Shown: positions 37,282-48,223, counted from the first letter of the stretch. The stretch: 64,000 bases of DNA from a virus (IMGVR_UViG_3300020171_000019:12138-76137), one strand, 5' to 3'. Program-made: numbers and translations. Notes: generated by a model from the letters alone, not told the origin.

Positions 37282-39528
37282 GTGCCAGACACCCTAACAA
37301 CCCCTCCCTATGGGACACTGACCGAGTGGGATTATCACGATCTGCTGTCCCGGCTGAATACGGCGAGCGACAGCACCTGGTACAACATGACTGGAGCGGG
37401 TGCGGGGACGTGGGAGGGACAGAGTGCCACAAGCACGCCACCAGCACGAATACGGAACATTACTGCGCGAATCAGGACGCACATGCGAGGGACGAACTCG
37501 ATATACCTGATTCAGGCAAGGGCGGCGCTGAATTACTTTGTAGCACAGCAGGAGGCCGATGGACGATGGGAATCAACAAGCTCAACATCTCCGGGATCGA
37601 CAGTAGATGATGCGTTCGATACCGCCGAGGTTGTGACTGTGCTTTGGCAAGGCTATGAGTATTTCGATGACGAAACATACCATGTGGCGGCCAGGCAGGG
37701 AGCGCAATGGCTCCTGACTGGCACTGTGAGCAGCACCTATTGCGATCCCGTATACTATGCAGCACATCCCACGGATGGGCCACTGGCACAATGCATAGGA
37801 TTCAGCAATGCAAACTTCATAGGCTCAATCCTTCGGGCTATCTGTCCACTGGTTTACGAGTTAGTACTGGGAGCGGAAGCGTCGGCAACAGCAGCGGTTC
37901 AGGCATTACTTGATGTGCAGGATGCGAATGGGACATGGGCGCATTACCTTGGGTCTAGTTCAGACACCACTAAGAGTGTTGTGTATCACGAATTGACGGC
38001 GGTGGGACTCGTTGCAGCCTATGATGACCTTTCGATGTCGGTTGCTTTGAGGGCAAACGTGAAGCACTCGATATTCCTGGCCGTGCAATATCTGATCAAT
38101 CAACAGGCCAGTAGTGGCAAATTCCACTTAACCCCAGGTTCTTTTACTGAAACGGTTGCAGGCGGATGGTTACTGGCAGCAGCGATGAGATCAACATTGA
38201 CGGACGCAGCGAATCAAGAGGCTGCAGCAATGGCACTCTGGGCGCTCGGGCCAGCTATGGATGCACTTGTGTGGGATTACGCTGGTGCCGTGGCAATGGA
38301 AAACAGGATGATACTCTACAGGAACATCGCGGAGTATCTGAGTTGGCAGGCTTGGTTAGGGGTAAGCGCATCAATTGGAGGAGGTGGGACGACATTGGCA
38401 CAAGGCGACTTTATGCAAATGGGTGTGGCAGTTGAGATCAAAAACCCCTCATTCCGGTGGGGGACGGAGAAAACTACTACATTGAATGGGGTATATACCT
38501 CAACAACTACGCTGAATGTTAACGCAACGACACCGACGCTGGTGCAGGTTTTCAAGGCCAAAGACAGGATACTCGTGGGGCCTTCTACGGATACCGACAG
38601 CGCAGATACCGGGCATCAAGAGACACGACAGATAACGGCAGTAGGGGCAACGTCTTTTACGCTAGTGACTGCACTCACTTATGACTACTTCAGCACTGAT
38701 CCAGTTGGTGGTATCGGCTCGAATCTGGCCGGAGGATGGACGCCTGCGGGCAATGTGGTCATGGGCGGGATCGACGGAGGAGGCAAGGACGACGACTATG
38801 CGCAAAAGATCAACTTTGGGGCCGCAACGAGTGACTATCTCGAACAGACCGGACTTGCGACACTGGAGGTAGCCACCAAGTACCGCCTTGGATGTTACAT
38901 CAAGTCGGGATTGGGTGGTGTCAATAACAAAATCCGCGTGAAGGCCCACGATGGAGCCAGTTACTTCATTGGCGCTGCCACGTCTGTAGGGATGGATAGC
39001 AAGACAAGCTTCACCCGATACACGGATACGGGCACAACATCATCTACGTGGACTTTGCTTGGTGCTGCAGCGATCCGGACCGAATGGATGATGGGCACGC
39101 CAACAGATACGGAAATCGATTGCGTATGGCTGGAGCACGCGAAAGGGACAACGGCGGCGTCTTCTGGTTTCTACACGTTCACAGAAGTGCCTAACTTGGG
39201 CATTCAGTGGGGCAGAGAGCCACAGTTCTCATCTCGGAGACTGGCGAACAACACACTGCGACGATATGCTTCGTCGGGCGCAGGACAGAAGACCCGGAAG
39301 CATTTCGCGGAGATGCAATTCTCATGGGCGTCACAAGCATTCTGGGATAATCTGATGGTCTTCCAGAATTGGCAGGAGCAAGGCCAACTCCTGTCCTTTC
39401 ACCCCTTCATAGATGACTTGCCTCCAGTGATGGTGGGCGTAATGGACGTCATCGAAAGCAATCGGGCCAAGAAAGAACAGTGGGATCTGGGACAGCACTC
39501 CTTCACCCTCACATTCCTGGAGGTGTGA
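37282..39528 (+). CDS. distal-tail-like protein with N-terminal alpha/alpha-toroid and central beta (CBM-like) domains
   Basis: N-terminal half paralogous to 36150-37280; C-terminus ...MQFSW...FTLTFLEV as in Dit-like proteins. Confidence 0.6.
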   Translation: MPDTLTTPPYGTLTEWDYHDLLSRLNTASDSTWYNMTGAGAGTWEGQSATSTPPARIRNITARIRTHMRGTNSIYLIQARAALNYFVAQQEADGRWESTSSTSPGSTVDDAFDTAEVVTVLWQGYEYFDDETYHVAARQGAQWLLTGTVSSTYCDPVYYAAHPTDGPLAQCIGFSNANFIGSILRAICPLVYELVLGAEASATAAVQALLDVQDANGTWAHYLGSSSDTTKSVVYHELTAVGLVAAYDDLSMSVALRANVKHSIFLAVQYLINQQASSGKFHLTPGSFTETVAGGWLLAAAMRSTLTDAANQEAAAMALWALGPAMDALVWDYAGAVAMENRMILYRNIAEYLSWQAWLGVSASIGGGGTTLAQGDFMQMGVAVEIKNPSFRWGTEKTTTLNGVYTSTTTLNVNATTPTLVQVFKAKDRILVGPSTDTDSADTGHQETRQITAVGATSFTLVTALTYDYFSTDPVGGIGSNLAGGWTPAGNVVMGGIDGGGKDDDYAQKINFGAATSDYLEQTGLATLEVATKYRLGCYIKSGLGGVNNKIRVKAHDGASYFIGAATSVGMDSKTSFTRYTDTGTTSSTWTLLGAAAIRTEWMMGTPTDTEIDCVWLEHAKGTTAASSGFYTFTEVPNLGIQWGREPQFSSRRLANNTLRRYASSGAGQKTRKHFAEMQFSWASQAFWDNLMVFQNWQEQGQLLSFHPFIDDLPPVMVGVMDVIESNRAKKEQWDLGQHSFTLTFLEV

Positions 39529-39529
39529 C

Positions 39530-40057
39530 ATGCGAGGTGCGGCATTGGCGGTATTGGTTTGGCTGTCCTTGCTCTGTTGGTTATCTGGCTGTGGAGGCCA
39601 CAAGACGACCATTGGTCTGACGGTTAGACCGGATGATCATTCCGGATCGGTGACTGTGACCGTGGAACCTGCAGGCACAACGAACAAGCCGCAGGACAGT
39701 GATGCCGATCTATTGGATAGCAACCTCGGTGAGATATACTTCGACTTTGACAGTGCCTTTCTCGGGCCAGAGTCAAAACCTGTTCTTCTGCACCATGCGA
39801 GGTTGCTTGTGAAAAACTCCGAGATGCAGTTGCGGCTTGACGGGCACTGCGACGAGCGAGGAACAGAGGAATACAATCTGGCCCTCGGGGAACGGCGAGC
39901 ACGAGCGACGAAGGACTATCTGCTCAGGTACGGTATATCGTCAATGCGGGTGTCGATTCGCAGTTATGGAGAAGAACAGCCTGTCGACCGACGGCACACA
40001 GAAGAGTCATGGGCGGCGAACAGGCGGGTTGAGTTTCACCAAGAGTGGGGGAACTGA
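39530..40057 (+). CDS. pal: Pal-like OmpA-family peptidoglycan-binding lipoprotein
   Basis: Lipobox LSGC; IYFDFD, GHCDERGTEEYNLALGERRA, SYGEEQP, NRRVEF. Confidence 0.9.
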   Translation: MRGAALAVLVWLSLLCWLSGCGGHKTTIGLTVRPDDHSGSVTVTVEPAGTTNKPQDSDADLLDSNLGEIYFDFDSAFLGPESKPVLLHHARLLVKNSEMQLRLDGHCDERGTEEYNLALGERRARATKDYLLRYGISSMRVSIRSYGEEQPVDRRHTEESWAANRRVEFHQEWGN

Positions 40058-43000
40058 TGCCAGATACAAGCCAGACATTCCAGAATCGACTCGAAGATCT
40101 GATTGTATCGGGGGAGCTGAAATTCTACATTGCCGACGACAATGATGCATGGGTAGATTTCTCGGATCATCTTGCGACTACAGGAAAGAACACCCTTGCG
40201 CAACTCGGGGAAATAACACACCGCACAGAAGATAAGGCCGCACAGGGAAGCTTCCAGACATCTATTGCAACGATACTGCTGGACAATTCTGATCATTTCT
40301 GGGATGGCGCGACGCCGACCGGCTTGCTGACTACCACAGGTGCGGCGGCGTCTTTTGCTGCATCGAAAAACTACGAGAGCACGGCGTGGTATAGGTCTCG
40401 GGTGAAGATTGCCTACAGGCTCAACCTGAAAGATGGCACGACCGAACAGGGCGATCTTGGGATTTTCCTCATCGATGGACTTGGGACACAAACAGACTCC
40501 GGGACAGCAGAACTTCGGGTTGTTGGACTCGCAAGGGCACTGATGGAAGAGTCTGCCGAATCTGTCAAAGATGGACAGGGATGGTATTCAAATCGTTCCA
40601 TTGTGTTTTTGATCAAGGAACTCCTGAAGGTCACACATGGGGAATCACTGCCGTCAACATTTGTGCTACCCGCAAAAATTGACATCGCAACATATGATGG
40701 CAATAGGACGTGCTCCTCCTTCGGGCGACCTCCTGAGTGGGATGGCACCGCATGGCTGAGAAAAGGTTACACGACCAGGGCAACGTTGTGGGCGAATGGA
40801 GGGAATGGGAATCGACTGTATCTGGGGTGCGACGAGCACATCTACGAATACAACCCGGCGACGGATACATATACAAGGATGACGGCGGCGGTATCTGAAT
40901 TAGGAACGGGTGTTTATGTCAGGCGGCTCTGGTATAACAGCAGACATGCAAGTAAGCCAATTTGGGGAGTTGCATGGGCAAACCAGAGTACATCATCTTC
41001 TACTGTGTCGATGGTCATTTTCTCGGTCGATGCTGATGCTGGAACGAAGGTGGTCGCTGTAACAACTATTAGTTCTGTGTGGACTGGCGAGTTTTGCCAG
41101 AGGAGTGGTGCAATCTGGACAACTCAGCGAAGACTTGGCCAAGGGGTAAGTGTAAATACTGGAGAAAATTTGTGTGTCCCATTTGCACAACGAATAGTCT
41201 CGGTCGATGGACTGGCAAGCGTTTATTATGAGAATCTTGCTGGGATTTGGACGGATACGACAGAGTGGAATGATGGTACCTTGCCTCTTCTCAATAGCGA
41301 GTCGCCATATTTGTCTTTTGCACGAGGAACAGGGACTGAATCACTGGCTGTGCGATGGTCAATGGGGCAACAGGGATTTTGCGTCTATCAGGACGCAGGA
41401 AGCACGGTGGGAGTGATTGTGTTTGCGACACACAACCTTGGTACCGATGGCAAGACTGAAATAAGCATCAAAGCCTATGACGTGGGCACTGGGGCAGCAC
41501 CAGCAACACTTATCAGTAATTGGCAAGATGGGTCTGGATACCAGCATCAGCCGACTTGCGGGGTTGCGGTGGATGGTGACGATATAATGATCGGTTCTGT
41601 GGCCTGGGTGGATAATCTAACACCCACGGAGAGTTATACATACTTGACCAGAGTGGATGTGGTAACAGGTACGCGTTGGCTTTACTACAATAGCACACTG
41701 GACGCAACATCTATTTATAGGACATTCCTGGAGCTTGCTTACAATGCAGCAGGTCAAAGCGATAATGGCACAGGACTACATGTTATTACATTGCAGCGTG
41801 ATAAGGTTGGTACGTCTACGGCATTTCAATTTGGAACACATTCGGCGGCAGGTGCGGCTAATGCCATTGCCGTGAAGCACTATTCCGATCGGCCACTTCG
41901 GGGATTGGTGCCAGACCTGAACCTATCAACGGGCGAATGGAATACCTTCTTTGTGGAGGTGGGAAGCTGTCGGCTTTATCAATATACCATTCATGTGACG
42001 GGGCCTCCAGAAACAAGCGATGACGTAGTCCTATTGAATGATGGATATCCGATCGTGGATGATGAGATGATGCTTGCCTCCAATATGACCATAGATGGGA
42101 ATACACAGACGGCCAATATCATTTATGGCATATCTGCGCCGGGATGGACTGCAGAGACTCAATCCGTAGCTCCATCCGGGAAATTCTATCTCTGGAAATA
42201 CGACATCTACCGATCGAGCCGCGTGGAGCTTGCGGATTTCTCAGGCTTGAAGGTGTGGGATGCCCTTGAGCTGCTTGTGCAGAAGGCGGACTATGTTATG
42301 GGTTACGAGACGGATGGTGACTTCTTTTGCGTCCCGAGGCCGCCGTTGGACACACCTGACTACATCTTCATCAATGATGCAACCCGGAATCGAGTCTATG
42401 ATATTGACAAAAACTTCGGATGGGATGAGGTCTACAATATCGCGGAGGTTACGCCTTATCGTGTGACATTCAAGCAGGCAACAGCACAGAATACGCTGAA
42501 GGCGCGACCGTCAGGCACCTATACGGATGCAAGCGGAAATGCGATGGAACAGCCAATGTTCGCACCGATGTATGTGGATACCAGGGATACGCGGACACAA
42601 TCGCTGTTACTCAGATGCACAAGATCCGGCAGCATGATTGCCGGCACTGATACTGCGTGTCCTAAATTCGCATGGCTTGTGTATGATCCTGTCATTACGA
42701 CGCGACTGGCGATTAGTATAACAACGAACCAGACGACAGGGATTGTGCTTGGTTCGGTATATGGTGGAGCAGACAACGAGAACGGCATTCATTCGCTTGA
42801 CTACATGGTTATGAAAAACCGGAACGACGGGTCGGACATCATCCGGCAAATCCTGACTGTGGACAGTGACACAAACACGGTGACATTACAACCAGGGGGC
42901 ACATACGGAGGAGGATTCGGGCAGGCATTCAATGCGGACGATCCTGCCTACGTGATCAAGCGCAATAATATCGATGACCAAAACCACGATCCCTCTACGT

Positions 43001-43740
43001 GGTCAGATGAGGGGGTTGCTTATGTGACATCGGCGACGATGGATAGTCCTAACACCTATTTAACTGTCAGTTCTGTCGATGACTTGAGTGTCGGACTGAT
43101 GGTTGGGACCGAACAGAGCGAGGCCAGGGTCACTGTCATTAATCCTGCGACGAACACTATCACCGTCAATGCATCTATGTCGTGGACGATATACGAGCCA
43201 CTAAAGGCATGGGTTGCACCCAAAACAAACGATACCCAGTACGCTGTAGGCAATAGGCAGGTGTTTTTGAAGTTCCAGATCCCGACTACGGGCACTGTGG
43301 ATCGCGATTGGACGGCGACATTTCTGGAGGGTGACAAGATCGAAATCACATGTCCCGGCATGGAACTGGCGGCGGATGAGCAGAGCAAACAATCCCACTT
43401 TGACAATCCATCTATTGCAAAATACGGACGCAGACCATTCCCTGTGCAACAGAACAAGTTCCTCGACTATCGGCTTGCCAAGGATTGGGCTAAACGACTT
43501 GTGCGAACATATGCAGACCCAGCTTACGTTCTGACAGTTACGGGGTTGTTCCTGCCTTACCTGTCATTTCTGACATCGGCGAATACCCTATACCGGGCGT
43601 CTGTCGTGAGTGAGCAGTTGTTTCCTCTGAGCCAAGAATATGGCCGGATCTTTGCACAGATTGGCTACATTCGGGAGATACGACACGACGCAGGAAAGGG
43701 CACGACGACCGTGGTGCTGCGAAGCGCACGGGCATACTGA
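40057..43740 (+). CDS. tail tip / baseplate hub protein with large beta-rich insertions
   Basis: ILLDN, GIFLID, DALELLVQ...DGDFFC, SIAKYGRR; about 1230 aa after the Dit-like gene. Confidence 0.7.
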   Translation: MPDTSQTFQNRLEDLIVSGELKFYIADDNDAWVDFSDHLATTGKNTLAQLGEITHRTEDKAAQGSFQTSIATILLDNSDHFWDGATPTGLLTTTGAAASFAASKNYESTAWYRSRVKIAYRLNLKDGTTEQGDLGIFLIDGLGTQTDSGTAELRVVGLARALMEESAESVKDGQGWYSNRSIVFLIKELLKVTHGESLPSTFVLPAKIDIATYDGNRTCSSFGRPPEWDGTAWLRKGYTTRATLWANGGNGNRLYLGCDEHIYEYNPATDTYTRMTAAVSELGTGVYVRRLWYNSRHASKPIWGVAWANQSTSSSTVSMVIFSVDADAGTKVVAVTTISSVWTGEFCQRSGAIWTTQRRLGQGVSVNTGENLCVPFAQRIVSVDGLASVYYENLAGIWTDTTEWNDGTLPLLNSESPYLSFARGTGTESLAVRWSMGQQGFCVYQDAGSTVGVIVFATHNLGTDGKTEISIKAYDVGTGAAPATLISNWQDGSGYQHQPTCGVAVDGDDIMIGSVAWVDNLTPTESYTYLTRVDVVTGTRWLYYNSTLDATSIYRTFLELAYNAAGQSDNGTGLHVITLQRDKVGTSTAFQFGTHSAAGAANAIAVKHYSDRPLRGLVPDLNLSTGEWNTFFVEVGSCRLYQYTIHVTGPPETSDDVVLLNDGYPIVDDEMMLASNMTIDGNTQTANIIYGISAPGWTAETQSVAPSGKFYLWKYDIYRSSRVELADFSGLKVWDALELLVQKADYVMGYETDGDFFCVPRPPLDTPDYIFINDATRNRVYDIDKNFGWDEVYNIAEVTPYRVTFKQATAQNTLKARPSGTYTDASGNAMEQPMFAPMYVDTRDTRTQSLLLRCTRSGSMIAGTDTACPKFAWLVYDPVITTRLAISITTNQTTGIVLGSVYGGADNENGIHSLDYMVMKNRNDGSDIIRQILTVDSDTNTVTLQPGGTYGGGFGQAFNADDPAYVIKRNNIDDQNHDPSTWSDEGVAYVTSATMDSPNTYLTVSSVDDLSVGLMVGTEQSEARVTVINPATNTITVNASMSWTIYEPLKAWVAPKTNDTQYAVGNRQVFLKFQIPTTGTVDRDWTATFLEGDKIEITCPGMELAADEQSKQSHFDNPSIAKYGRRPFPVQQNKFLDYRLAKDWAKRLVRTYADPAYVLTVTGLFLPYLSFLTSANTLYRASVVSEQLFPLSQEYGRIFAQIGYIREIRHDAGKGTTTVVLRSARAY

Positions 43741-43748
43741 GAAAACGC

Positions 43749-43777
43749 TTGACAGTATGCAACAAAAGAATTATCTT
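43749..43777 (+). promoter_or_regulatory. sigma70-type promoter
   Basis: TTGACA-17 bp-TATCTT. Confidence 0.55.
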
Positions 43778-43826
43778 TCATAACAAAAGCATTCCTGTCT
43801 TGCATTCTCCCGAGAAAGGATTCCGT

Positions 43827-45884
43827 ATGTCCCGATTGACAATTGATGTTCCAGGCGCTCCTCTTGATGCAGTTTGGCATATGGAGGTTGACAAGAACGG
43901 GGATGCTTGTTTGAGACTCACGACCGCACAAGGAGCAATTCCGACCACATCGGCACCTGCAATACGAAAGCCGGTCATGGCAGTAACAAGCGGTGGCACA
44001 ACATGGGTGAATGGAACCAAGGGGATGCTGCCCGTGTTACCCATGGTGCATCCGCGCCTCACGAGCATCATCATTCTCTCCGGTGACAACCTGGACTGCC
44101 TGAATCCCTGCCTCACGAGCCTGCAACAGCAACAGACCGAAGATGCCCCGTTCGAGGTCATTATTGTGAGCAATTCCAAACTGCCGAAAACCCTTGATGC
44201 AATGAGGGCTATGCAGTGGACATTCGACTGCTTGGTATGGCACAATACAGACCGGTTTTCATTCGCCGCCTTTAACAATCTCGCCGCGAAGAAGGCCAGA
44301 GGGGAGTATCTGCTATTTCTGAATGACGACACCAAGGCGACGCCGGGATGGTTGAGAGAGTTGCTTGTGCCGCTGGAGGCAAGTCCTGAAGTGGGAATAA
44401 CCGGAGCCAGGCTATTGACGCCTGATGAAAAAATACAGCACTGTGGGATTGCGATCAATCAACCAGGGGAACACTACTGCACCCATCCTTTCATGGGCCA
44501 GGTGAAAGACCTGCCGGCAGTGATGCATGACCGTGTGACCGATGCAGTAACGGGGGCATGTCTGTGTATCCGGCGATCCGTGTTTGACGAGCTGCACGGC
44601 TTCGATGAGCAATTTGAGCAAGCCTATTTTGAGGATACCGATCTGTGTCTACGCGCAAAAGATGCAGGCCACAAAACGGTTTATGCTCACAAGGCCGTTG
44701 TCTATCATCATGGATCGGCTTCATTCGCCAAGGAGCGCACAACGTCGGAATACTTCACGGCAAATATGGTGAAGTTCAAGAAGCGATGGGATACAAAAAT
44801 ATCGAACAACCTTTTCACGTTCACAACTCCGATGCACCGATTCCGACCGCGGAGGATGTTGCTCCGAGATGACTTCCTGAACACTGCGGGTGGTGGGGAG
44901 CGAACTGTCGGCACGTTGGCACGGGCGTATATGGGCAGGTATCAGACGTCGATACTGGCGCAGGGAGAATCTACGGTATTGAGAGATCGGATTGCCGAGA
45001 GGTTGGGTATTGATCTGTTCGCGGTGGACTTGGCTCAGGCTGTGCCGGATGAGCAACCAGATGTGTTTATGAATTGCGAGTGGGCATCCGACAAGCCGGG
45101 CATAGGTAGAGAGCGCAATCTGTTCTGGGTGATGTTTCCTCACGCGATCGGCAAGGGACAGGTTGCGATGTGGCTCAACTCCTATGACACATTGGTCGCC
45201 AATTCACAGTTTACTCAGGGTCATATCCGGGATCGGTGGGGGCGAGATAGTATCGTGATCTATCCACCGGTTCGGTTGTTCGGATGTGACGACGTGACGA
45301 GGAAGACTCAGAGTATCGTGAGTATCGGGCGGTTCTTTCCGGCTGAGCACTCGAAGAAGCAGGACGTGCTTGTTGAGGCGTTTCTTGGTTCTGATCTTCC
45401 TAAAGCCGGATGGGTGTTGCATTTGTGCGGCTCAGTCAAGACCGAGAATCCGCATCATATGAAATACCTTGACGCGATCAAACAAAAGGCCGGGGATGCT
45501 CTTGATACAAGCGTCAAGTTCCATCTGAACTGCACGTCTGACGAGATCATGGGTATCACGAGGGAGGCAATCATATTCTGGCACGCGACAGGCTATGGGG
45601 AGAGCGATCCGGGCAGTTATGAGCACTTCGGGATTGCGACAGTAGAGGCAATGTCCGCAGGGTGCATTCCGGTCGTAATCAACCTCGGAGGACAACCGGA
45701 GATTGTGAAGGATGGCAAGACCGGTTTTCTGTGGAATACGCCTGCTGAGCTGATCGGCAGGACAGAGGATATAGCGACACTGCCAGACGCGGAACGAATT
45801 GCGCTTGCAGAGGCGGCCATTTATCGGGCAGGGGCATTCAGTGAGGCGCGGTTTGTTGTCGACCTGGAACAGCTCGGGATATAG
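43827..45884 (+). CDS. GT2 + GT4 fusion glycosyltransferase
   Basis: NNLAAKKARGEYLLFLNDD, AVTGACL, FEDTDLC; GGGER, IGRF, EHFGIATVEAM. Confidence 0.92.
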   Translation: MSRLTIDVPGAPLDAVWHMEVDKNGDACLRLTTAQGAIPTTSAPAIRKPVMAVTSGGTTWVNGTKGMLPVLPMVHPRLTSIIILSGDNLDCLNPCLTSLQQQQTEDAPFEVIIVSNSKLPKTLDAMRAMQWTFDCLVWHNTDRFSFAAFNNLAAKKARGEYLLFLNDDTKATPGWLRELLVPLEASPEVGITGARLLTPDEKIQHCGIAINQPGEHYCTHPFMGQVKDLPAVMHDRVTDAVTGACLCIRRSVFDELHGFDEQFEQAYFEDTDLCLRAKDAGHKTVYAHKAVVYHHGSASFAKERTTSEYFTANMVKFKKRWDTKISNNLFTFTTPMHRFRPRRMLLRDDFLNTAGGGERTVGTLARAYMGRYQTSILAQGESTVLRDRIAERLGIDLFAVDLAQAVPDEQPDVFMNCEWASDKPGIGRERNLFWVMFPHAIGKGQVAMWLNSYDTLVANSQFTQGHIRDRWGRDSIVIYPPVRLFGCDDVTRKTQSIVSIGRFFPAEHSKKQDVLVEAFLGSDLPKAGWVLHLCGSVKTENPHHMKYLDAIKQKAGDALDTSVKFHLNCTSDEIMGITREAIIFWHATGYGESDPGSYEHFGIATVEAMSAGCIPVVINLGGQPEIVKDGKTGFLWNTPAELIGRTEDIATLPDAERIALAEAAIYRAGAFSEARFVVDLEQLGI

Positions 45885-45894
45885 GAGGGCAGAC

Positions 45895-46380
45895 ATGGGA
45901 CGCAGAGAAAACCTTGATTCAATCGTAACCGAGTGGGCTCCTCGTGTGCGGGTGCCAATTGGGGTTAAGGCAGTGCCCTTGCTCAAGGCAATTCTCATGA
46001 GGGAATCTGCTTATGGGACACTGACCGAACCACGACGAGAACGGGCCTATTGTCCGGGTGGGCGATACTACAACGAAGAGCAGCGGGAGCGGTATGTCAA
46101 GTTCGGGGTAGCGGCTGCTATGAGCTACTCGGCGTTTCAAATCATGTTCCCGTTGGCCTGTGAACTTGGATACAAGGGGATACCATCCATTCTGGGGCAG
46201 GATAGGGAGGCAGTACGGTGGGTGGTAGAGTACCTGAATGACCGGATATTCGGCAGGCAACACGCGCAGACAGTCCTGGAGATAGCTGACGCGTACAATT
46301 CCGGAAATTGCCGGGACAGGTTTAAGCCATTGCCGTATATGCAAGCGGTGAGCAGGTTCTACAAGCAGTTTGACGTTTGA
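45895..46380 (+). CDS. lytic transglycosylase-like endolysin
   Basis: AILMRES, SYSAFQIM, AYNSG SLT-type motifs. Confidence 0.7.
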   Translation: MGRRENLDSIVTEWAPRVRVPIGVKAVPLLKAILMRESAYGTLTEPRRERAYCPGGRYYNEEQRERYVKFGVAAAMSYSAFQIMFPLACELGYKGIPSILGQDREAVRWVVEYLNDRIFGRQHAQTVLEIADAYNSGNCRDRFKPLPYMQAVSRFYKQFDV

Positions 46381-46419
46381 CGTTTGAGGAACAGGAGGTT
46401 GACATGGAGGACATTACCG

Positions 46420-46596
46420 ATGGCATCGTGGGGGCAGATCAAGAACCAGGCGGAAGCGATGGAGCAATTGCTGCGCTTGAGGGCCGAACTTCGAGACGCA
46501 GAACGCGACTACAACGAGGCAATCAACTCGGACCTGAAGGAACAGGCCCGACTGAAAATCCAACACCTGAAGGGAGAGATTCAGGGGATCAGGTAA
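46420..46596 (+). CDS. small coiled-coil protein (nested in ORF 46404-46691)
   Basis: GGAGG RBS; helical sequence. Confidence 0.4.
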   Translation: MASWGQIKNQAEAMEQLLRLRAELRDAERDYNEAINSDLKEQARLKIQHLKGEIQGIR

Positions 46597-46657
46597 CATC
46601 ACGAGAAGCGGCTCTTGCACGGCTTCTAAGCAATACCACCGATCCGGGGAGAAGGAA

Positions 46658-47173
46658 ATGCTTGCAACGAGAGATCGACACGCTGGGATAGGTTACGCGG
46701 CAGTCTTGACTCTGTTCTGGGTCTTAGTTGGATGCGGGCAAGACGAAACGTTCGACTATGCACCTGAACACAGACTGGTAAGCGTTAGGATGAACGCAAC
46801 AGACATCCGAGACCGGGTTGTCAAGTACTACAACTTCGAGTTTGGCTTATCTTCTGATGAGCAACCGCAGGTAAGCGCCTACGACATTTCGTTCTCCGCC
46901 TCATTCCCCACAGGGGACACACTGAAAGTGCGACAATCCGGAGCAACATCACTACATCAATCAAGCGCAACAACGCTGTCAGGCATCAAGGATATTCCAC
47001 CTGCAATTACCCATGCAGAAATCCTTCGCGGCCAAGAAGCGTTTTTTGTTGTACACACTACATGGAAACGGATAGTTAAGTGCCGGATTCGCCATGCCAA
47101 TCTGCAAGACAAACCGATTGTCCTGGAATATGAACTCTATCGCGATCCAACGCCTGACCTGACCCTCAACTGA
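46658..47173 (+). CDS. lipoprotein
   Basis: Hydrophobic segment ending LVGC. Confidence 0.6.
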   Translation: MLATRDRHAGIGYAAVLTLFWVLVGCGQDETFDYAPEHRLVSVRMNATDIRDRVVKYYNFEFGLSSDEQPQVSAYDISFSASFPTGDTLKVRQSGATSLHQSSATTLSGIKDIPPAITHAEILRGQEAFFVVHTTWKRIVKCRIRHANLQDKPIVLEYELYRDPTPDLTLN

Positions 47174-47315
47174 GAGAGGAGCAAATTGTGATCAATAGAT
47201 CGTCTCTATGCTTCGCAGTGAATCTATGCATTCAGGTTGTGTGCATTCTGATAGGATTCTGTCTATTACTGACAGTGCTGTCCGAGGTGCAATTCACGAT
47301 GAGGAGCATTAACTG

Positions 47316-47957
47316 ATGTTTTATCGACCAATAGTAAACTCAATGTATGTCAACCCAGAAATGGGCACCGTAAACTCTGTAGAGGCACTCTATCGCTATC
47401 CGCAAACATTCGCACTTGCGCGAAGATACTGGCCATTTTCTGTTGACTGCGTGCTCGACATTGGAGATGAAACGGTTGCAGCAACTTATATGCGCAAGGC
47501 GTTTAGACTGCCGGTCTTGAGTACGCATGGCGATTTGGATAGTGATGCAATATGGCCATGTGGTCATTTCATGGTAGTATTTTGCATGGAAGTCCTGGAG
47601 CATATATGGAACCCGTTGTCCCTATTGCGCCGAATCAAAGACACGCTGAGCGATGATGGCATCCTATTACTGACTACACCCTCCGGTTTCCAGATGGATT
47701 GGGGGCCAGCACATACAGTTGAGCATGCATATGACAGATTACTGCAACTCATACATAAATCAGGTTTTATAGTAATAGAGGCAGTCGACATCAAAATACC
47801 TGTATGGTGGGGGTTATGGCATAAACGCTACGGCATTCGGCCTGCTATACGATGGGTGATCCGAAAGTTGTTCTTTGGGCCTACGCATCAACTTGGATCT
47901 ACAAGAGCGTATCTACTCAAAAAAAGGAGCATAACATGCGAGTCTGCGCATACCTGA
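47316..47957 (+). CDS. class I SAM methyltransferase
   Basis: VLDIG, MEVLEHIWNP, DGILLLTTP. Confidence 0.8.
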   Translation: MFYRPIVNSMYVNPEMGTVNSVEALYRYPQTFALARRYWPFSVDCVLDIGDETVAATYMRKAFRLPVLSTHGDLDSDAIWPCGHFMVVFCMEVLEHIWNPLSLLRRIKDTLSDDGILLLTTPSGFQMDWGPAHTVEHAYDRLLQLIHKSGFIVIEAVDIKIPVWWGLWHKRYGIRPAIRWVIRKLFFGPTHQLGSTRAYLLKKRSITCESAHT

Positions 47958-48223
47958 TAGTCCGCAGAGATCGACGCGCTGGGATAGGCTGTGTGGCGGT
48001 CTTGACTCTGCTCTGGGTTTGGGCCGGATGTGGGCAAGACGAACCTTTCGATTTTACTGCACCGGCCATCACGTCTGTCACAGGGGACACATTGGTAGTG
48101 CGACAAGTCGGAGCAACATCAATGTATCAATCGCGTGCAACAACACCGGCAGGCATCATTGTGCACGCTACACGGAAACGGATAGTCAAGCACCGGGTTG
48201 CGCCACATCAATCCCACTTTTGA
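47936..48223 (+). pseudogene. chimeric, internally deleted copy of lipoprotein 46658 with the first 10 codons of GT2 48248
   Basis: 31 bp exact repeat 47936/48248, then several blocks homologous to 46671-47183. Confidence 0.7.
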
